Positions 48,450-62,997 of a DNA stretch of 64,000 bases are shown piece by piece. Source of the DNA: Mobula hypostoma (Eukaryota); the NCBI RefSeq assembly GCF_963921235.1, contig NC_086097.1:88910001-88974000 (forward strand), read 5' to 3'. The number at the start of each line of letters is the position of its first letter. Positions within the stretch are counted from its first letter, which is position 1. A model generated the notes under the pieces. That model had not been told where the DNA came from. It was given only the letters and a program-made list of their open reading frames with translations, and did no database searches. Both the position numbers and the translations under genes were made by a program.

Positions 48450-50080
48450 CATAGAAACATAGAAAACCTACAGCATAATACAGGCCCTTCGGCCCACAAA
48501 GTTGTGCCGAACATGTCCCTACCTTAGAAATTACTAGGCTTACCTATAGCCCTCTATTTTTCTAAGCTCCATGTACCTATCCAGGAGTCTCTTAAAAGAC
48601 CCTATTGTATCCGCCTCCACCACCATTATCTTGTACACCTCTATCAGGTCACCTCTCATCTTCCGTCGCTCCAAGGAGAAAAGGCCAAGTTCACTCAACC
48701 TGTTCTCATAAGGCATGCTCCCCAATCCAGGCAACATCCTAGAAAATATCCTCTGCACCCTTTCTATGACTTCCACATCCTTCCTGTAGTGAGGCGACCA
48801 GAAATGAGCACAGTACTCCAAGTGGGGTCTGACCAGGGTCCTATGTAACTGCAACATTACCTCTCGGCTCCTAAATTCAATTCCACGATTGATGAAGGCC
48901 AATACACTGTACGTCTTCTTAACCACAGAGTCAACCTGCGCAGCTGCTTTGAGCGTCCTATGGACTCGGACCCCAAGATCCCTTTGATCCTCCACACTGC
49001 CAAGAGTGTTACCATTAATACTACGTTTGTATATCCTGCCATCGTAATTGACCTACCAAAATGAACCACTTCACACTTACGTGGGTTGAACTCCATCTGC
49101 CACTTCTCAGCCCAGTTTTGCATCCTATCAAAGTCCCGCTGTAACCTCTGACACCCCTCCACACTATCCACAACACCTCCAACCTTTGTGTCATCAGCAA
49201 ACTTACTAACCCATCCCTCCACTTCCTCATCCAGATCATTTATAAAAATCATGAAGAGTAAGGGTCTCAGAACAGATCCCGGAGGCACTCCACTGGTGAC
49301 CAACATCCATGCAGAATATGACCCGTCTACAACCACTCTTCGCCTTCTGTGGGCAAGCCAGTTCTGGATCCACAAAGCAATGTCCCCTTGGATCCCATGC
49401 CTCCTTACTTTCTCAATAAGCCTTGCATGGGGTACCTTATCAAATGCCTTGCTGAAATCCATATACACTGCATCTACTGCTCTTCCTTCATCAATGTGTT
49501 CAGTCACATCCTCAAAAAATTCAATCAGTCTCGTAAGGCATGACCTGCCCTTGACAAAACCATGCTGACTATTCCTAATCATATTATACCTCTCCAAATC
49601 TTCATAAATCCTGCTTCTCAGGATCTTCATCAAATTACCAACCACTGAGGTAAGACTCACTGATCTATAATTTCCTGGGCCATCTCTACTCCCTTTCTTG
49701 AATAAAGGAACAAGATCCGCAACCCTCCAATCCTCTGGAACCTCTCCTGACCCCATTGATGTTGCAAAGATCATCACCAGAGGCTCAGCAATCTCCTCCC
49801 TCGCCTCCCACAGTAGCCTGGGGTTCATCTCATCCAGTCCCGGCGACTTATCCAACTTGATGCTTTCCAGGATGCCTATCTTCCCTCTCGCACTGTCTCC
49901 AAGCTTTCTCTATTTGTGAGCCAACTGCCTCTTCCGCAGTCTCTTCAGTTCAGTTCCCACTCCCCAATCATTCCAACTTAAACGCTCCGCAGCAGCCTGA
50001 GCAAACCTCCCTGCCAGGATATTGGTCCCCCTGGGATTCAAGTGCAAACCGTCCTTTTTGTACAGGTCACACCTGCCCCA
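48450..50080 (-). mobile_element. CR1 LINE with internal deletions (ORF1 end + RT + 3' end)
   Basis: LYKKDGLHLNPRGTNILAGR at 49910..50185; RT ORF 48857..49855 (YMDFSKAFDKVPH, FADDTK); (TTTCTATG) tail at about 48450-48465. Confidence 0.9.
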
Positions 50081-51862
50081 GATTTTGTACATCCTCACCC
50101 CACCACAGATTTTGTTGCCCTCAGGATAGCTCCCCATTATAGACTGCCAAATAGTATCCCTGTGCTGGCAATTCACAACCACCACCTTCAGCTTTCACTT
50201 ACTGAATTTTTGTCGCTTCCTCTTTGTTCTCTGCTAGTTGAATCTTTTTGTTTTCATTTTTCCCTTTTTGTGCCTGACTGGACATTGATTCTGCTTCTTG
50301 CCTTCAGCCTTCCTCCTCAATTCTTTCCATGTGATTGGCATTGGCGGTTAGTAGTTCCCTTCCCCGACAGCTCTGGCCTCGGGAAGTTCCCTTAAAGGGT
50401 TACACCACATCTCCCCTAGATGGTAAACGACCTTGCAAAAGGCTGTTGGAGGTTAATTGGGTGTGGTCATGTTGGACACATGCCATTCAGTCATCAGTTA
50501 CAATAAATTCTGGACCATTGCCTGTGATTTATTGCCTTCCAGAATTAAATGAAATGGAATACTGTCCCCGCTTCAGCATTTTACAAAGCGTGCCAGTTGC
50601 TGGCTGATAATATCATCAATAGCTGCAGGTTTTACTGGGTCTGAACTTGACTCTGACGGTCTGATCTGTGGAGAACCTGACTGACAGTGTCAGACCTGGC
50701 TAAATTTGGACAATTATTTCAGGACAATCTGCAGTATTTTGTCACTGCAACCTATTTTGATACTAACCAGTTTCTCTCATCCAACCTGTGGAGAAAAAGG
50801 ATTTGCTGGTGCATGTCTTTGCTGTGTTGTATCAGTGGGGTTTGGGGCAGGTAGTGATTTGTTGAGGAATTGTGATAAGCTTAGTCAGGTTGCTATTTTC
50901 TTCCACATATGATGCAACAACTAATGATTGACTTTTTCTAGAGTTAACTTGTTTTCTTTCACTCAGATGATTCCAAGACTTTGAAGTGTTCAACATTTTG
51001 GATCTTCGTAGTTTATTAGTTACTCAGAAAATACGTTGTCCAGTTTCAAATCTATTTACAATCATATTATTTTTTGCGCCTAGCCTTTTGCTTCAGCAGG
51101 TCACAAGGAAGATGGGTACACTCAGGCCATATCCCACTTCAGCCATGTTATGTGGATACTAAAGCCTCCCATATTTGTTCCGGAAGCGTCAAAGCTTTTT
51201 CATCCTTGATTTCATTTCATCCTGGTGACAGTTTTCCTCACGTTCTGTTCCTAGGGGCAGTTGCAGCTCACATTACCAACTGTCTTTGAGTCCAAAAGCT
51301 TGAGTTTAGGATTATATAGCTGATGCTATATCCAGTGAGTTCTAATCTTTTTAAGGATAAGAGGTTAAACTGAGAACTCTCCCTGCCACTTTGGGTGGAG
51401 GAAGAAAATCGCTGTAAAGCTAAGTGAATTCTGATCCGTGTCTTGGCCAATAGTGATCCTTCAGTAGAAGAAAGTAACAGGGCATTATCCTTTTGCTAAC
51501 TTTGTGAAGGTGTATAGGACCAGATGCTGCATTTTCTGTCATCATAAGATGTGTAAAATCATGGAGGGTTCAGTCAGTGTAAATGGGAAGGTCTCATTGG
51601 GTCATATAATAAGGAAATAAGCCAAAAGTGGGCTTCCATCCATATTTTCCAGTCTTTTAGCACTTGGCCTTCTTTGCCTCGACAATTCATCTCGTCATTT
51701 AGACACTTCTTAAATGCTCTCAGCAACTCTGCTTCTTTCACTCTCTGATGGCATTTTCCAAGTCTCTTCCAGAAGAATCAGAAACCAGAGATCATAGATC
51801 ACACCAATCGGTGAAGAGATGGAGGAGAGAGGAGAATGTGCTTCCCCCACAGGGTGATAGGG

Positions 51863-52326
51863 TGACAGGGATGTGCAGTTCTGGCCCAAGGGCCGAGAGA
51901 GAGAGAGACTGTGAAGCGGATCAAAAGTTCCTTGACTTTTAATAGGAACTGGGCAGAAATAAAGGAGAAACAATAAACGCTAAGCCAATAGAGCGGTTAA
52001 CTAGAATGGTCGAGCTAAAGCTAATACCGATACAGCAGCTCGGCAGTAATAACTTCATACCAAACAAACATCACTCCTTTAAACATCAGTCTAAATGGTA
52101 GTCTTCTTTTCCGGAACCAGGACACCGGTAAGCAGGGAGCATTGACGTTACTCTACTTTTGATCAAGTCTTGACAAGGCTGAAACAAGAGGAAGGGAGTT
52201 AAATACCACCACAATGAAACAGCAATTGGTTGGAGCATGCGTACTCACGAGTGCGATTGCCAAATCCGTTTTGCCGCCTGCCTGCGAAGGCAAGCAGACC
52301 CTGTGCCAGAGTCTGTGGTTGTGACA
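51863..52326 (-). mobile_element. Possible solo LTR
   Basis: TG...CA bounded, CpG-retaining ~460-bp block with TATA-like TATTTAA and ATTAAA on the minus strand; TSD not clean. Confidence 0.45.
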
Positions 52327-53825
52327 TAGCAGTCTGGAACTCACTGTCTGGAATAATGGGGGAGGCAGAAATACTCATCAGAGTTACACAGAACTTAGGT
52401 GTCTACTTGAAGAGCCATGACATGCAGGACCCAGTGCTGGAAGGGGAGATGCAGCTGGGTAATCATTTTGGGCTAGCAGTCACAGTGGGCTGATTGGCCT
52501 GTCTTGTGAATTTGCTGTGTGAGGATTTGGAGACCGTACTTCATTGAGTGCAATGCACAAGGGGAACGTCCAAAAATCACAAACAGCAATGTATACGTAC
52601 ACACAGGTCTTTATTCTACTACTTTTACAGTAATTCTTCCTTCCAGCTCGAAACTTCACCCTGTACCTCCAGGTTAAATCAAGAGAACATAAGACTAGAG
52701 AAGCATGAGCAGGCCACTCCGCCTTTTCTACTGTTCAATATCATCATGGCTGCTCTTCCCTAGGCCTCATATCCTCTTCTGCCTCAGCTCCACAAAGTTC
52801 TGAAGTCCTTGACCTTTCAAAGGGCAAAGATTCCCCTATGAAAGGGCAGTTTAAAACCTAAATACTAAGCACATGGATTTGAAGTAGGACAGTTGGAGGG
52901 ATATTAGGGATGGAAGAGAGGAAGTTGAATCCCCATTCATCCTTCTCAGTGTGACAGCCTTACCTTTAGCTGTGTTCTAGAAAGTAAAAAGAATTACCAT
53001 GGTTACCAGTGTTCAATTCCAACCCAACAGCAGCTGAATATTTCCCAGCTCTGACCTAACCTGTGTAGCAGGGGAAGCTGTGTATGAGAGGAGAGTACTG
53101 GTTAATTAATTGACCTAATATTTGGTAATATAATCTCTAAGAATACCTGTCAATAACTCACAAACAGCTCAGTTCATTCACTTCAGATCTTTTGTTGCTT
53201 GCTATTTCAATAACTTAACAAAAAGTACTCTGCCTTCTATCTTCACTCGTGTGCAATTTATTCCCACCCCCCAGCCATGCCCCCTCCAAAAATAAAGGTT
53301 CCTATGAATGATCAAAAAGAGACTTTGTGATCTGCTGACTGTGGGTGAAGGGGGTTCAGTAGTGGGACAAGAGTACTGGAGCATTGATATCCAGTCAAAG
53401 AGCACTAATCCCTCAGATCTGTCACTCCCTGCAGATGTAAGGAGATTTCAACCTAGTTCCCACAAAGATATATTTTCAGTGGCTGGCTCGGAGAAACTTT
53501 GTCAACAATAAGCCGTAGTAAAGAAGGGAAAGTTGCAAGTTGGCGATGTATATTTTCAGTAAGGCCTGTGTACCGAAATTATTGGGCTAACAGTTATCAA
53601 GCATCTTTAGTAGAGGGAAATATCCCCTCTGGGCACTTCACTGGGGCATTATCAAACAGAACGTGGCACTGAGCTACAAACGGTGATACCAGAACACCTT
53701 GCTCAAAGCAGTGCAGTGTCTCACAGCCAGTCATCCGGGTTTGATCCTGACCTCCAGCAAGGTCCGTGTGAGATTTCCACCATGTGATGATTTCGTCTGT
53801 TCTGGCTTCCTCCCACATCTCAAAC

Positions 53826-54176
53826 AGATTAGATATGGCAAAGTTATTTCCCATGGTAGGGGATTCTAGGACAAGAGGGCATGACTTCAGGATTGAAGGA
53901 CGTCCTTTTAGAACTGAGATGCGGAGAAATTACTTTAGGCAGAGGGTGATAAATCTGTGGAATTTGTTGCCACGCGCGGCTGTGGAGGCCAAGTCATTGG
54001 GTATATTTAAGGCAGAGATCGATAGGTTCTTGATTAGCCAGGGCATCAAAGGGTATGGGGTGAAGGCAGGGGAGTGGGAATGACTGGAAGAATTGGATCA
54101 GCCCATGATTGAATGGTGGAGCAGACTCAATGGGCTGAATGGCCTACTTCTGTTCCTAAATCTTATGGTCTTATGC
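53826..54176 (+). mobile_element. CR1 3' fragment inserted in a V-SINE (about 53700-54330)
   Basis: RLDMAKLFPMVGDSRTRGH..; (TCTTATGG) tail; V-SINE sequence on both sides. Confidence 0.8.
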
Positions 54177-54649
54177 AATTGGCCACCAAAAGTTACACCT
54201 GAGTGTGGATGAATGGGGAAGAGGGGGAGTTCATGAGTATGTGAGAAATAATAGGTTGCAGGGGAGCTAGTTGGGAGGGGGGAGGGGACTAATGGGATTG
54301 CTCGACTGCGTCCCAGCAGGGACTCAATTGGAATATCCTCCATCTGCTCTAATGTGCGAGATTTTAAGCATCACCTTATGGGAGGAGAGGTAAAGATATG
54401 ATGAGAGAATGCCAGCGATAAAGGGATCTAGAAGTGAAGGCAAAGTCCTCCAGTGAATATCCTCCTTCTGTGATATAATAAGTAAATAAAATAGATTTTA
54501 TGGGGCGAGAGGTAAAGAGATAGTGAGAAAATTCCAGAGATAAAGAGACTTAGGACTGAAGAAAGTCCCCAGTGGATAAGCATTAATTGCTGCTAAAGGC
54601 TGTGGAAAAGCTCTCTTCAGGGCAGATGACTCACAGCAGTGCCTTCTGT

Positions 54650-55095
54650 ATGTTTTTCAGAGATTGTTGGTAATTGATGTATCATTGACACATGGACCAA
54701 GATACAGATAAAATCTGCATTGCATGCCATCCGTACTGATCATTTCAAAACATAATGACACTGAGGTGTTACGAAAGGAAAAACAACAACAGAGTGCAAA
54801 ATATGTCATGACAGAGAGTGCGGCTCAGGCAGGCAATAAGCCGCAAGGGTCACAGCGCGGTGGACTGTGAGAATGAGTTCATCTTTACTGTCAAGGGATT
54901 GATAATATTGGCTGCTTCCCCAAGGCGGCAGGACGTGTAGAACACGTCAATGGAAGGGAGGCTGATTTCCCTGATAGACTGAGCTGTGTCCACGACGACA
55001 GACTCTTGCAGTCTTGGGCAGAGCAGTTGCTGTACCAAGGCATGAAGCTTTCAATGGTCCACCAATAATAATTGGTGAAGGTCAACAGGCTTTGC
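54650..55095 (-). mobile_element. Rex1/Babar-like LINE 3' fragment
   Basis: TNYYWWTIES..WYSNCSAQDCK and DTAQSI..SLPSID.FYTS remnants. Confidence 0.65.
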
Positions 55096-55555
55096 AGTTA
55101 CTCTCAGCTTAAATTCCCAGCTCCTTCTTTTGTCAGGGACTGATGGGGTCATATGGTGAAGAATGCATCGACAGCAAGCCACCTCCACTATGCCTTCAAA
55201 CCCTGACGGTATCAATAGTTTAAGTTCTAAAATCAACTTCTCCTTTTTCTGGACTGTGGCAGTCTCCACACATCTCCAGTGACTCAGAGTCAATCCTAAC
55301 CTTGGGAGGTGCTGAATGTATGCAGTTTGCATGTTCTCCCATTTTCCCTCAGGTTCCGTAGATGTGCTGGTAGGTTTATTGTCCACCGTATGTTGGCCCC
55401 CCCCCCCCCACTGAGTGTAAATGGCAAAAGAACAAAAGGAGAGATGATGGATATTGTAAAAGTACAAGCTTCAGGACTATGGGGAGGCAGGGAGAGGGCA
55501 ATGGGACTGACAGGTTACTTCACTGGGAGTCAACATTGAATGGCTAAGGAAATGG

Positions 55556-55793
55556 AGGCACGGTAATGTAGTGGTTAGCATAACACAATTACAGCATCAG
55601 TGACCCAGGTTCAATTGACTGTAAGGAGTGTGTACGTTCTCCCTGTGACCATGTGGGTTTTCTCCAGGTGCTTCCGTTTCCTCCCTCTTTCCAAAAGCAG
55701 ATGGGTTAGTAGGTTAATTGGTCACATGGGTATAGGCGTCGTGGGCTCGTTGGGCTGCAAGGGACTGTTACCATATTTATCTGTAAATTGAAA
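55556..55793 (+). mobile_element. tRNA-derived V-SINE (HE1-like)
   Basis: A box TAATGTAGTGG, B box GGTTCAATT, V-domain-like GTACGTTCTCCCTGTGACCATGTGGGTTTTCTCCAGGTGCTTCCGTTTCCTCCC. Related fragments at about 14950-15070 (-), 53700-53825, 55260-55540 and 56750-56880. Confidence 0.8.
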
Positions 55794-56929
55794 GGAATAT
55801 TTAATAACAGCCTGTGTTTTTAAACAAACCAGGTCAGACTATAACAGCAACACAGGAATTGCAAGGGAGAAGGTTTTAGTTTCTGCCTGAAAAATGTGTC
55901 CAAGGCTCCACACCAAAAAGCTAGGTTCAAAGCCTAGGCCAGCCCTCTGGTGAAGTAATGAGGAGAGGTGGATTATCAGCAGAGTGGCCCTTTAGCTGAG
56001 GGTAAACCATTGGTCTCATTGGCACTTCTGCAGGGTTCCACAGAACTGTTCTAAGAGAAAACTAATGATAAAACTAATGGTTAGCACTCAACTATCGGCA
56101 CACGAGTGGAATATTAGGCTCTTCATTCCATTGCTTTCCTTGGGATCTTGCAATGTATGGAATATCTAAGCAAAGTATTTTCCCTTCACTCCTATGTTTA
56201 GTCAGAGCAGAGGCAATGTTTAACCTTGAATTCTTGAAAAAAAATTGGACTATTCATGGGCTTGTGTGACCTTACCTTCAACTGAATGCTTTTCTGTGGC
56301 CTGTAACAGCCTTTTGCCCGCAGCATTGTTTAAGTTGCTGTTTGAAGTGCCTCGCCCTAGCTGAGTTTTGCAAGGGCATCTGACCTCAAATCTTGTTTCA
56401 TATTTAGGTTGTTTTTTATTACCAGCTCGAGGCTGAATACTGCCAGTCAGGACGAGAAGGTAGGGGAGGGTAGTTGTGTTATTTAGTGACTTAGGAGGCA
56501 TTGGGAACACTAGCCTCGTCTGTATGGGACATCCCAAAGTTTGTGTTACTTGAAAATTTGTTCTGGGAAAATGACCAGAAGTTGTATGGTTGACTCAATG
56601 GTTATAGGAAGAGCAGAAGACCATATCAGCCTGCTCCACCTTTCAGCTTAAGCTCCTGAACTGTAGATCCCATGAGAGGCTCCCATCATCGATAGAGGTG
56701 AAGGCAGGTAGATATTATGGTGGCATGATGGCTTCAGTTGTCAATTTTTGTTTTGTCCCACATCCCAGGGATGTGCAGGTTGGTAGTTAATTGGCTGATG
56801 TAAATTGCTAATCGTATGTAAGCAAGTGGTAGAATCTGAGGGAGCTGATGAAAATAAAGAGAGAACAAGTTGGGAAGGAATTGCAGGTCAAGGAGGAGGT
56901 ACAGAAATTTGAGATCGCACAGCACCAGG

Positions 56930-59660
56930 AATTAGCACACCGTTGCCATTTGTGGGACTTGGTTGCGGGAGGGGCATGACTGGCAGCTCAGTGTTCCAAG
57001 GTTCTGTTGTTTTAGACTTGATAGGCCGGGAAGAATTAAAGGGGGAGCGGTGCCATTGCTAGTCAGGGAAAATGTCACAGCAGTGCTCAGGAAGGATAGA
57101 CTGGAGAGCTCATCTACTGAGGTTATATGGGTAGAACTCTGGAATAAGAAAGGGATGACCACATTAATGCAATTATCTTATGGACCATCCAACAGTCTGC
57201 GAGAATTAGAGGAGCAAATTTGCAGAGAAATTGCAAGGTGTTGCAAGAAACATAAGGTTGTGATAGTAGGTGATTTTAACTTTCAACATTTTGACTGGGA
57301 CTCCCAAACTGTAAAAGGGCTGGATATGATATGATTTCCTTTATCAGTACACAGAGATCCCTATTAGAGTGAGTACGATACTGTATCTCTCATTTAGGAT
57401 GAGACAAGGCAGGTACAGAAGTTTGTGTAGGGAGTCATTTTGCATCTAGTGATCATAATGCCGTTAGTTTCAAGATAATTATGGAGATGGATTGCTCTGC
57501 TCCGCAGGTTGAGATTCTGACTTGGAGAAAGGCCAGTCTTGATGGTATCAGAAAGGATCTGGCAGGTGTAGATTGGTACAGGTTGTTTTCTGGAAAAGGT
57601 GTGCTTGGTAAGTGGGAGGCCTTCAAAAGTGAAATTTTGAGAGTACAGAGTTTGTGTGTTCCAGTCAGAATAAAAGGCAAGGATAATGGGTTTAGGGAAT
57701 CTTGGTTTTCAAGAAATTTTGAGGCCCTGGTTATGAAAACGAGGGAGGTACACAGCAGGTATAGGCAGGAAGGAGCAAATGAGGTAATTGAGTATATGAA
57801 ATGCAAGAGACACTTAAGGAAATTAGGAGGGCTAAAAGAAGGCATGAGTTTGCTCTAGTAGACAAGGTGAAGGAAAATCCCAAGGGCTTCTAAAGACATA
57901 GTGAGAGAAATAGGGTAGCAAGGGACAAAATTGGTGCTCCTGAGGATGAAAATTTTCATCTATGAGTGGAAGAAATGGGGGAGATGTTAAATGTTTTTTT
58001 TTCCATCTGTATTTACTCAGGAGATGAACACAGAGTCTATAGGTGAAGCAAAGCCGCAGTGAGACCATGTACCATATACAGATTACAGAGGAGGATGTTT
58101 CTGCTGACATGAGGCAAATTAAGGTGGATAAATCCCCATGGCCTGACAAGGTGTTCTCTTGGACCCTGTTGAAGGCTAATGCAGGAACTGCAGGGGCAGT
58201 TGAAGTGATACTTAAAATATTCTTAGCCACAGACAAGGAGGCGGATGATTGGAGGAAAGGTAAATTAGTTCCATTGTTTAAGAAGGTCTAAGAATAAGCC
58301 AGGAAATTATAGGCTGATGAGCCTGACATCAGTTGTGGGTGGGTTACTGGAAAGTATTCTAAGGGGCCAGATATACAGTATACGTATTTATATAGACAGG
58401 GACTGATTTGGAATAGTCAACATGGTCTTGTGTGTGGTAGGTCATGTCCAACAAATCTCTTAGAGTTTTTTGAGGAAGTTACCAGAAAAGTTGATGAAGG
58501 TAAGGCAGAGGATGTTATCTACATGGACTTTAGCAAAGCATTTGACAAGGTCCTTCATGGGAGGTTAGTCAAGAAGGTTCAATCGCTCGGCATTCAAGAT
58601 GAGGTAGTAGGATTAGACATTTGGCTTTACAGAAGAAGCCAGAGAGTGGTAGTAGATGGTCGTTTCTCTGACTGGAGGCCTGTGACTAGTGGATTGCTGC
58701 AAGGACTGCTGCTGGGTCCATTGTTGTTTGTCATCTATATCAATGACCTGGATGATAATGTGGATAACTTGATCAGCAAATTTCTGGATGACACTTTGAT
58801 TGGGGGTGGAGTTAACAGTGAAGAAGGCAATCAAAGCTTGCAGTGGAATCTGGACAAGCTGGTAAAATGGAAGAGGAAATTTAATACAGACAGGTGTGAG
58901 GTGTTGTACTTTTAGGTGGACAAACCAGGGTGGGACTTACAAGGTGAGTAGTAGGGCACGGAGGAGTGCAGTAGAGCAGAGGGATTTGGGAATACAGATC
59001 CTTGAAAGTGGCGACGCAGGTACATAGGATTGTAAAGAGACCTTTTGGAACATTGGCCTTCATAAATCAGTGTATTGAGTACAGGAGTTGGGATGTGATG
59101 TTGAAGGTGTACGAGATATTGGTAAGACCTAATTTGGCATATTGTGTGCAGTTTCGGTCTCCTACCTGAGGGCCAGATGTCAATAAGTTTGAAAGAGTAC
59201 AGAGAGAATTTATGAAGATGTTGCCGGGACTTGAGAACCTGATTTATAGGGAAAGTTTGAATTGGTTTGGACTTCACTCCCTAAAGCTTGTAAGAATGAG
59301 GGAGATTTGATTGAGGTATACAAAATTATGAGGGGTATAGATAGGGTAAATGCAAGGAGGCTTCTTCAACTGAGGTAAGGTGACACTAGAACTAGAGGTT
59401 ATGGGTTAAGGATGAAAGGTGAAATGCTTAAGGGTGAATGAGGGAGAATTTCTTCACTTAGAGGGTGGCGAGAGTGCGGAACAAGCTGTCAGTGGAAGTG
59501 GTGGATGCAGGCTCAGTTTCAGCATTTAAGTGAAATTCAGATGAGAGGGATACGGAGAGCCATGGTCGATGCGACTAGGCAACTTAATAGTTTGGCAAGG
59601 ACTAGATGGGCTGAAGGGCCTGTTTGTATGTTGTAGTGTTCTATGACTCTATGACTCTGC
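56930..59660 (+). mobile_element. Degenerate 5'-truncated CR1 (EN, RT, 3' UTR)
   Basis: GGAVPLLVRE, VGDFNF, SDHN, YMDFSKAFDKV and FLDDT fragments; (CTATGACT)n tail. Confidence 0.9.
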
Positions 59661-59820
59661 CTGATACCCTTTCTCAGCAATGGAACACCTCAGATCACCT
59701 CTTGCACGACTCTGCACATGCTGTCAATTGTGTCTTTTTTTTTACATCTGTGGTTCTCTAATCTTTTGACTTCCACACTTCCTTACTCTGCCCACCCCTC
59801 TCCCTTCACCAGTGTGTACA

Positions 59821-59823
<3 letters not shown>

Positions 59824-59862
<39 letters not shown>
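59824..59862. repeat. (CA)n microsatellite
   Basis: About 18 CA units. Confidence 0.95.
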
Positions 59863-59865
<3 letters not shown>

Positions 59866-61039
59866 AGTGACCTTACACTCCCTCTGCAAACATCCACCTC
59901 TCAACCACGGTCTCTTCCTTCAGGAGGATTTTTAAATTTCGCACTTCTGCTTGCTTGTTCTGTTAACCCTATCTTTATGGTTTGGTGTAATTTTCTCATC
60001 TGATCATTGATCCCATGACATTCATTGAGGCACCTTATAATATTTATGGATCATGTTGCCCGGGGTTAGGTGTAGCAAGCAGACAAATTGTTCAGTAGAG
60101 GAGAATGAAGTAATTAGAGAGCTGGAACAGAATTGTCACCATGTGCGCTGGCAATATCGGAACCCAAATGTGGAGGAATGACAGACTCCAATTTAGGGAT
60201 GACGACGAAAGTTCATTGATAATATTTCCAAAGAACATCAGGGACTCAGCCGAGTGACACCGCAAAAAAGTAACATTCTCAAAACTAGGACCCTACGTTT
60301 AGCGCTAATTGGGCATCCACTTAAATACTGCAAGTAACTCAGAATCCCTGAGCCTATCAAAATGAATTTAGCACGCTTAAACAGATGGCACCAGGAGACC
60401 GCATTACAAAGAGCGAGTTGCTCGAGAAAAAACACAAAGAATGATTAAATGATTAATAGCTGTCATTAAACAATAATTAACCAATCCAGGTGCTCTAACA
60501 AGCTTGGAGCCCGACACTCTCCAGCGTCCTGCACAGGCCTGAGGAACTCATTACATGAATTGTGTGCTATCACTAGGAGGATAATCAGTGAGACCTCTCG
60601 TGGGGAAAAGCTATAAACGTGGTTGAAGGACAGTGGATTGTCACTGTTATCACATCTTATGTTTTTCATTTGTTCTCTGCAAAGATAACAAGAGATTTAT
60701 GAAGATTTTGCCAAGAATGGTCTAGCTGTAAGGAAAGATCAGTTAGACTGGGTTGTGGTTATATTCTGGAATAGTAGCGGCTAAGGGGAGATTAAATTGA
60801 AGCATTAGGTACCTGTACAGGGTGTGTAGAAGGATTTATTTTCCTTAGTGACAGGTCAAGAAACTCCTTCTGAACAGTTAGGGTAAAGTTGAAAGTTATT
60901 GGAAGCAGGACCCTGGGGTTTGCTAGTCTGCTGATTCCGGGTCAGCTAGAATTTCTTCACTCTTCATCCAATTTTCTAAGATTCTAATTTTTTACTACTC
61001 CTCAGAGCACATGTAATTCATTCCATTCAGTAATAAGTA

Positions 61040-61986
61040 AACATAGAAACATAGAAAACCTACAGCATAATACAGGCCCTTCAGCCCACAATGCTGTGCC
61101 GAACATGTACTTATTTTAGAAATTACCTAGGGTTACCCACTGCCCTGTATTTTTTGAAGCTCCTTGTACGTATCCAGCAGTCTCTTAAAAGACCCTGTAG
61201 TTTCCGCCTCCACCACCATCGCCAGCAGCCCATTCCACGCACTCACCACCCTCTGTGTAAAAAACTTAGCCCTGACATCCCCTCTGTACCTACTTCCAAG
61301 CACCTTAAAAGTGTGCCCTCTCGTGTTAGCAATTTCAGCCCTGGGAAAAAGCCTCCGACTATCCACATGATCAATGCCTCTCATCATCTTATACACCTTT
61401 GTCAGATCACCTCTCATCCTGTCGCTCCAAGAAGAAAAGACCGAGTTCACATAATCTGTTTTCATAAGGCATGCTCGCCAATCCAGGCAACATCCTTGTA
61501 AATCTCCTCTGCACTCTTTCTACAGTGTCCACATCCTTTCTGTAGTGAAGTGACCAGAAATGAACACAGCACTCCAAGTGGGGTCTGACCAGGGTCCTGT
61601 AACATTACCTCTCAGCTCTTGAACTCAATCCCACGGTTGATGAAGGCCAATGCACCATATGCCTTCTTAACCACAGAGTCAACCTGCGCAGCAGCTTTGA
61701 GTGTCCTATGGACTCGGACCCCAAGATCTCTCTGATCCTCCACATTGCCAAGAGTCTTACCATTAATATTATATTCTGCCATCATATTTGACCTACCAAA
61801 ATGAACCACCTTATACTTATCTTGGTTGAACTCCATCTGCCACTTCTCAACCCAGTTTTGCATCTTAACGATGTCCCACTGTAACTTCTGACAGCCCTCC
61901 ACACTGTCCACAACACCCCCAATCTTCGTGTCATCAGCAAATTTACTAACCCATCCCTCCACTTCCCCATCCAGGTCATTTATATA
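61040..61986 (-). mobile_element. CR1 3' fragment
   Basis: YINDLD..FADDTKIGG ORF 61612..62100, 61133..61465, and (TTTCTATG)n tail. Confidence 0.9.
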
Positions 61987-62164
61987 GGTTTTACTGTGCT
62001 CCAGTCCTTGTGTCAGACAGAGGATGATAACCAAAAGACAACGATTTAAAGTAATCTGTGAGGAATTAAAGGGAAGCTGGGGAAAATACTCGGCTGGCAT
62101 CTAGCACTTTGTGCTTGGAAGAGTGGTGGAGGCAGAAGCCTTCATCATATTTAAACCAAGATTG

Positions 62165-62966
62165 GGGGTGTGGTGGACAGCAAGGAGACTATCAAAGCTT
62201 GCAGCAGATCTGGACCAGCGGGAAAAATGGGCTGAAAAGTGACAGATGGAATTTAATGCAGACAAGTGTGAGAATTCCATGCAGACAAGTGCGAGGTGTT
62301 CACTTCAGTAGGAACAACCTGGGTAGGTCCCACACAGTGAATGGTAGAGCACTGAGGAGTGTGGTAGAACAAAGGGATCTGGGAATACAGATACATAATT
62401 CATTGAAAGTAGCAACACAGGATGATAGGATCATAAAGAAAGCTAATTTGGAGTTTCTTGTGCAGTTTTGATCATCTACCTACAGGAAAAATGTAAATAG
62501 GGTTGAAAGAGTACAGAGAAAATTTACAAGATGTTGCCGAGTCTGGAGGGCTTGAGTTACATGGAAAGATTGAATAGGGAGGACATTATGCCTTGGAATG
62601 TAGAAGATTGAGAGGAAATTTGATAGAGATATACAAAATTATGAGGAGTATAGATAGGCAGGCTTTTTCCACTTTGGTTGGGTTGGACTAGAACTAGAGG
62701 TCATGGGTTAAGGATTAAAGGTGAAAGGTTTAAGGGGAACATGAGGGGAAACTTCTTCATTCAGAGGATCATGAGGGTGTGGAATGAGCTGCCAATGCGA
62801 GCTCGATTTCAACATTTAAGAGAAGTTTGGATAGGTACATGGATGGTAGGGGTATGGAGGGCTATGGTCCCAGGGCGGATCACTGGGAGTAGGCAATTTA
62901 AATCTGTGGCACAACAAGGTCTGGATGGGCCAAAGGGCCTGTTTCTGTGCAGTACTTTTCTATGAC
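62165..62966 (+). mobile_element. CR1 3' fragment
   Basis: QRDLGIQIH.SLK and TRTRGHGLRIKGERF remnants; CR1 3' UTR. Confidence 0.85.
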
Positions 62967-62997
62967 TGTAAACAGTGTCAGTAAGAAATTTAAACCA

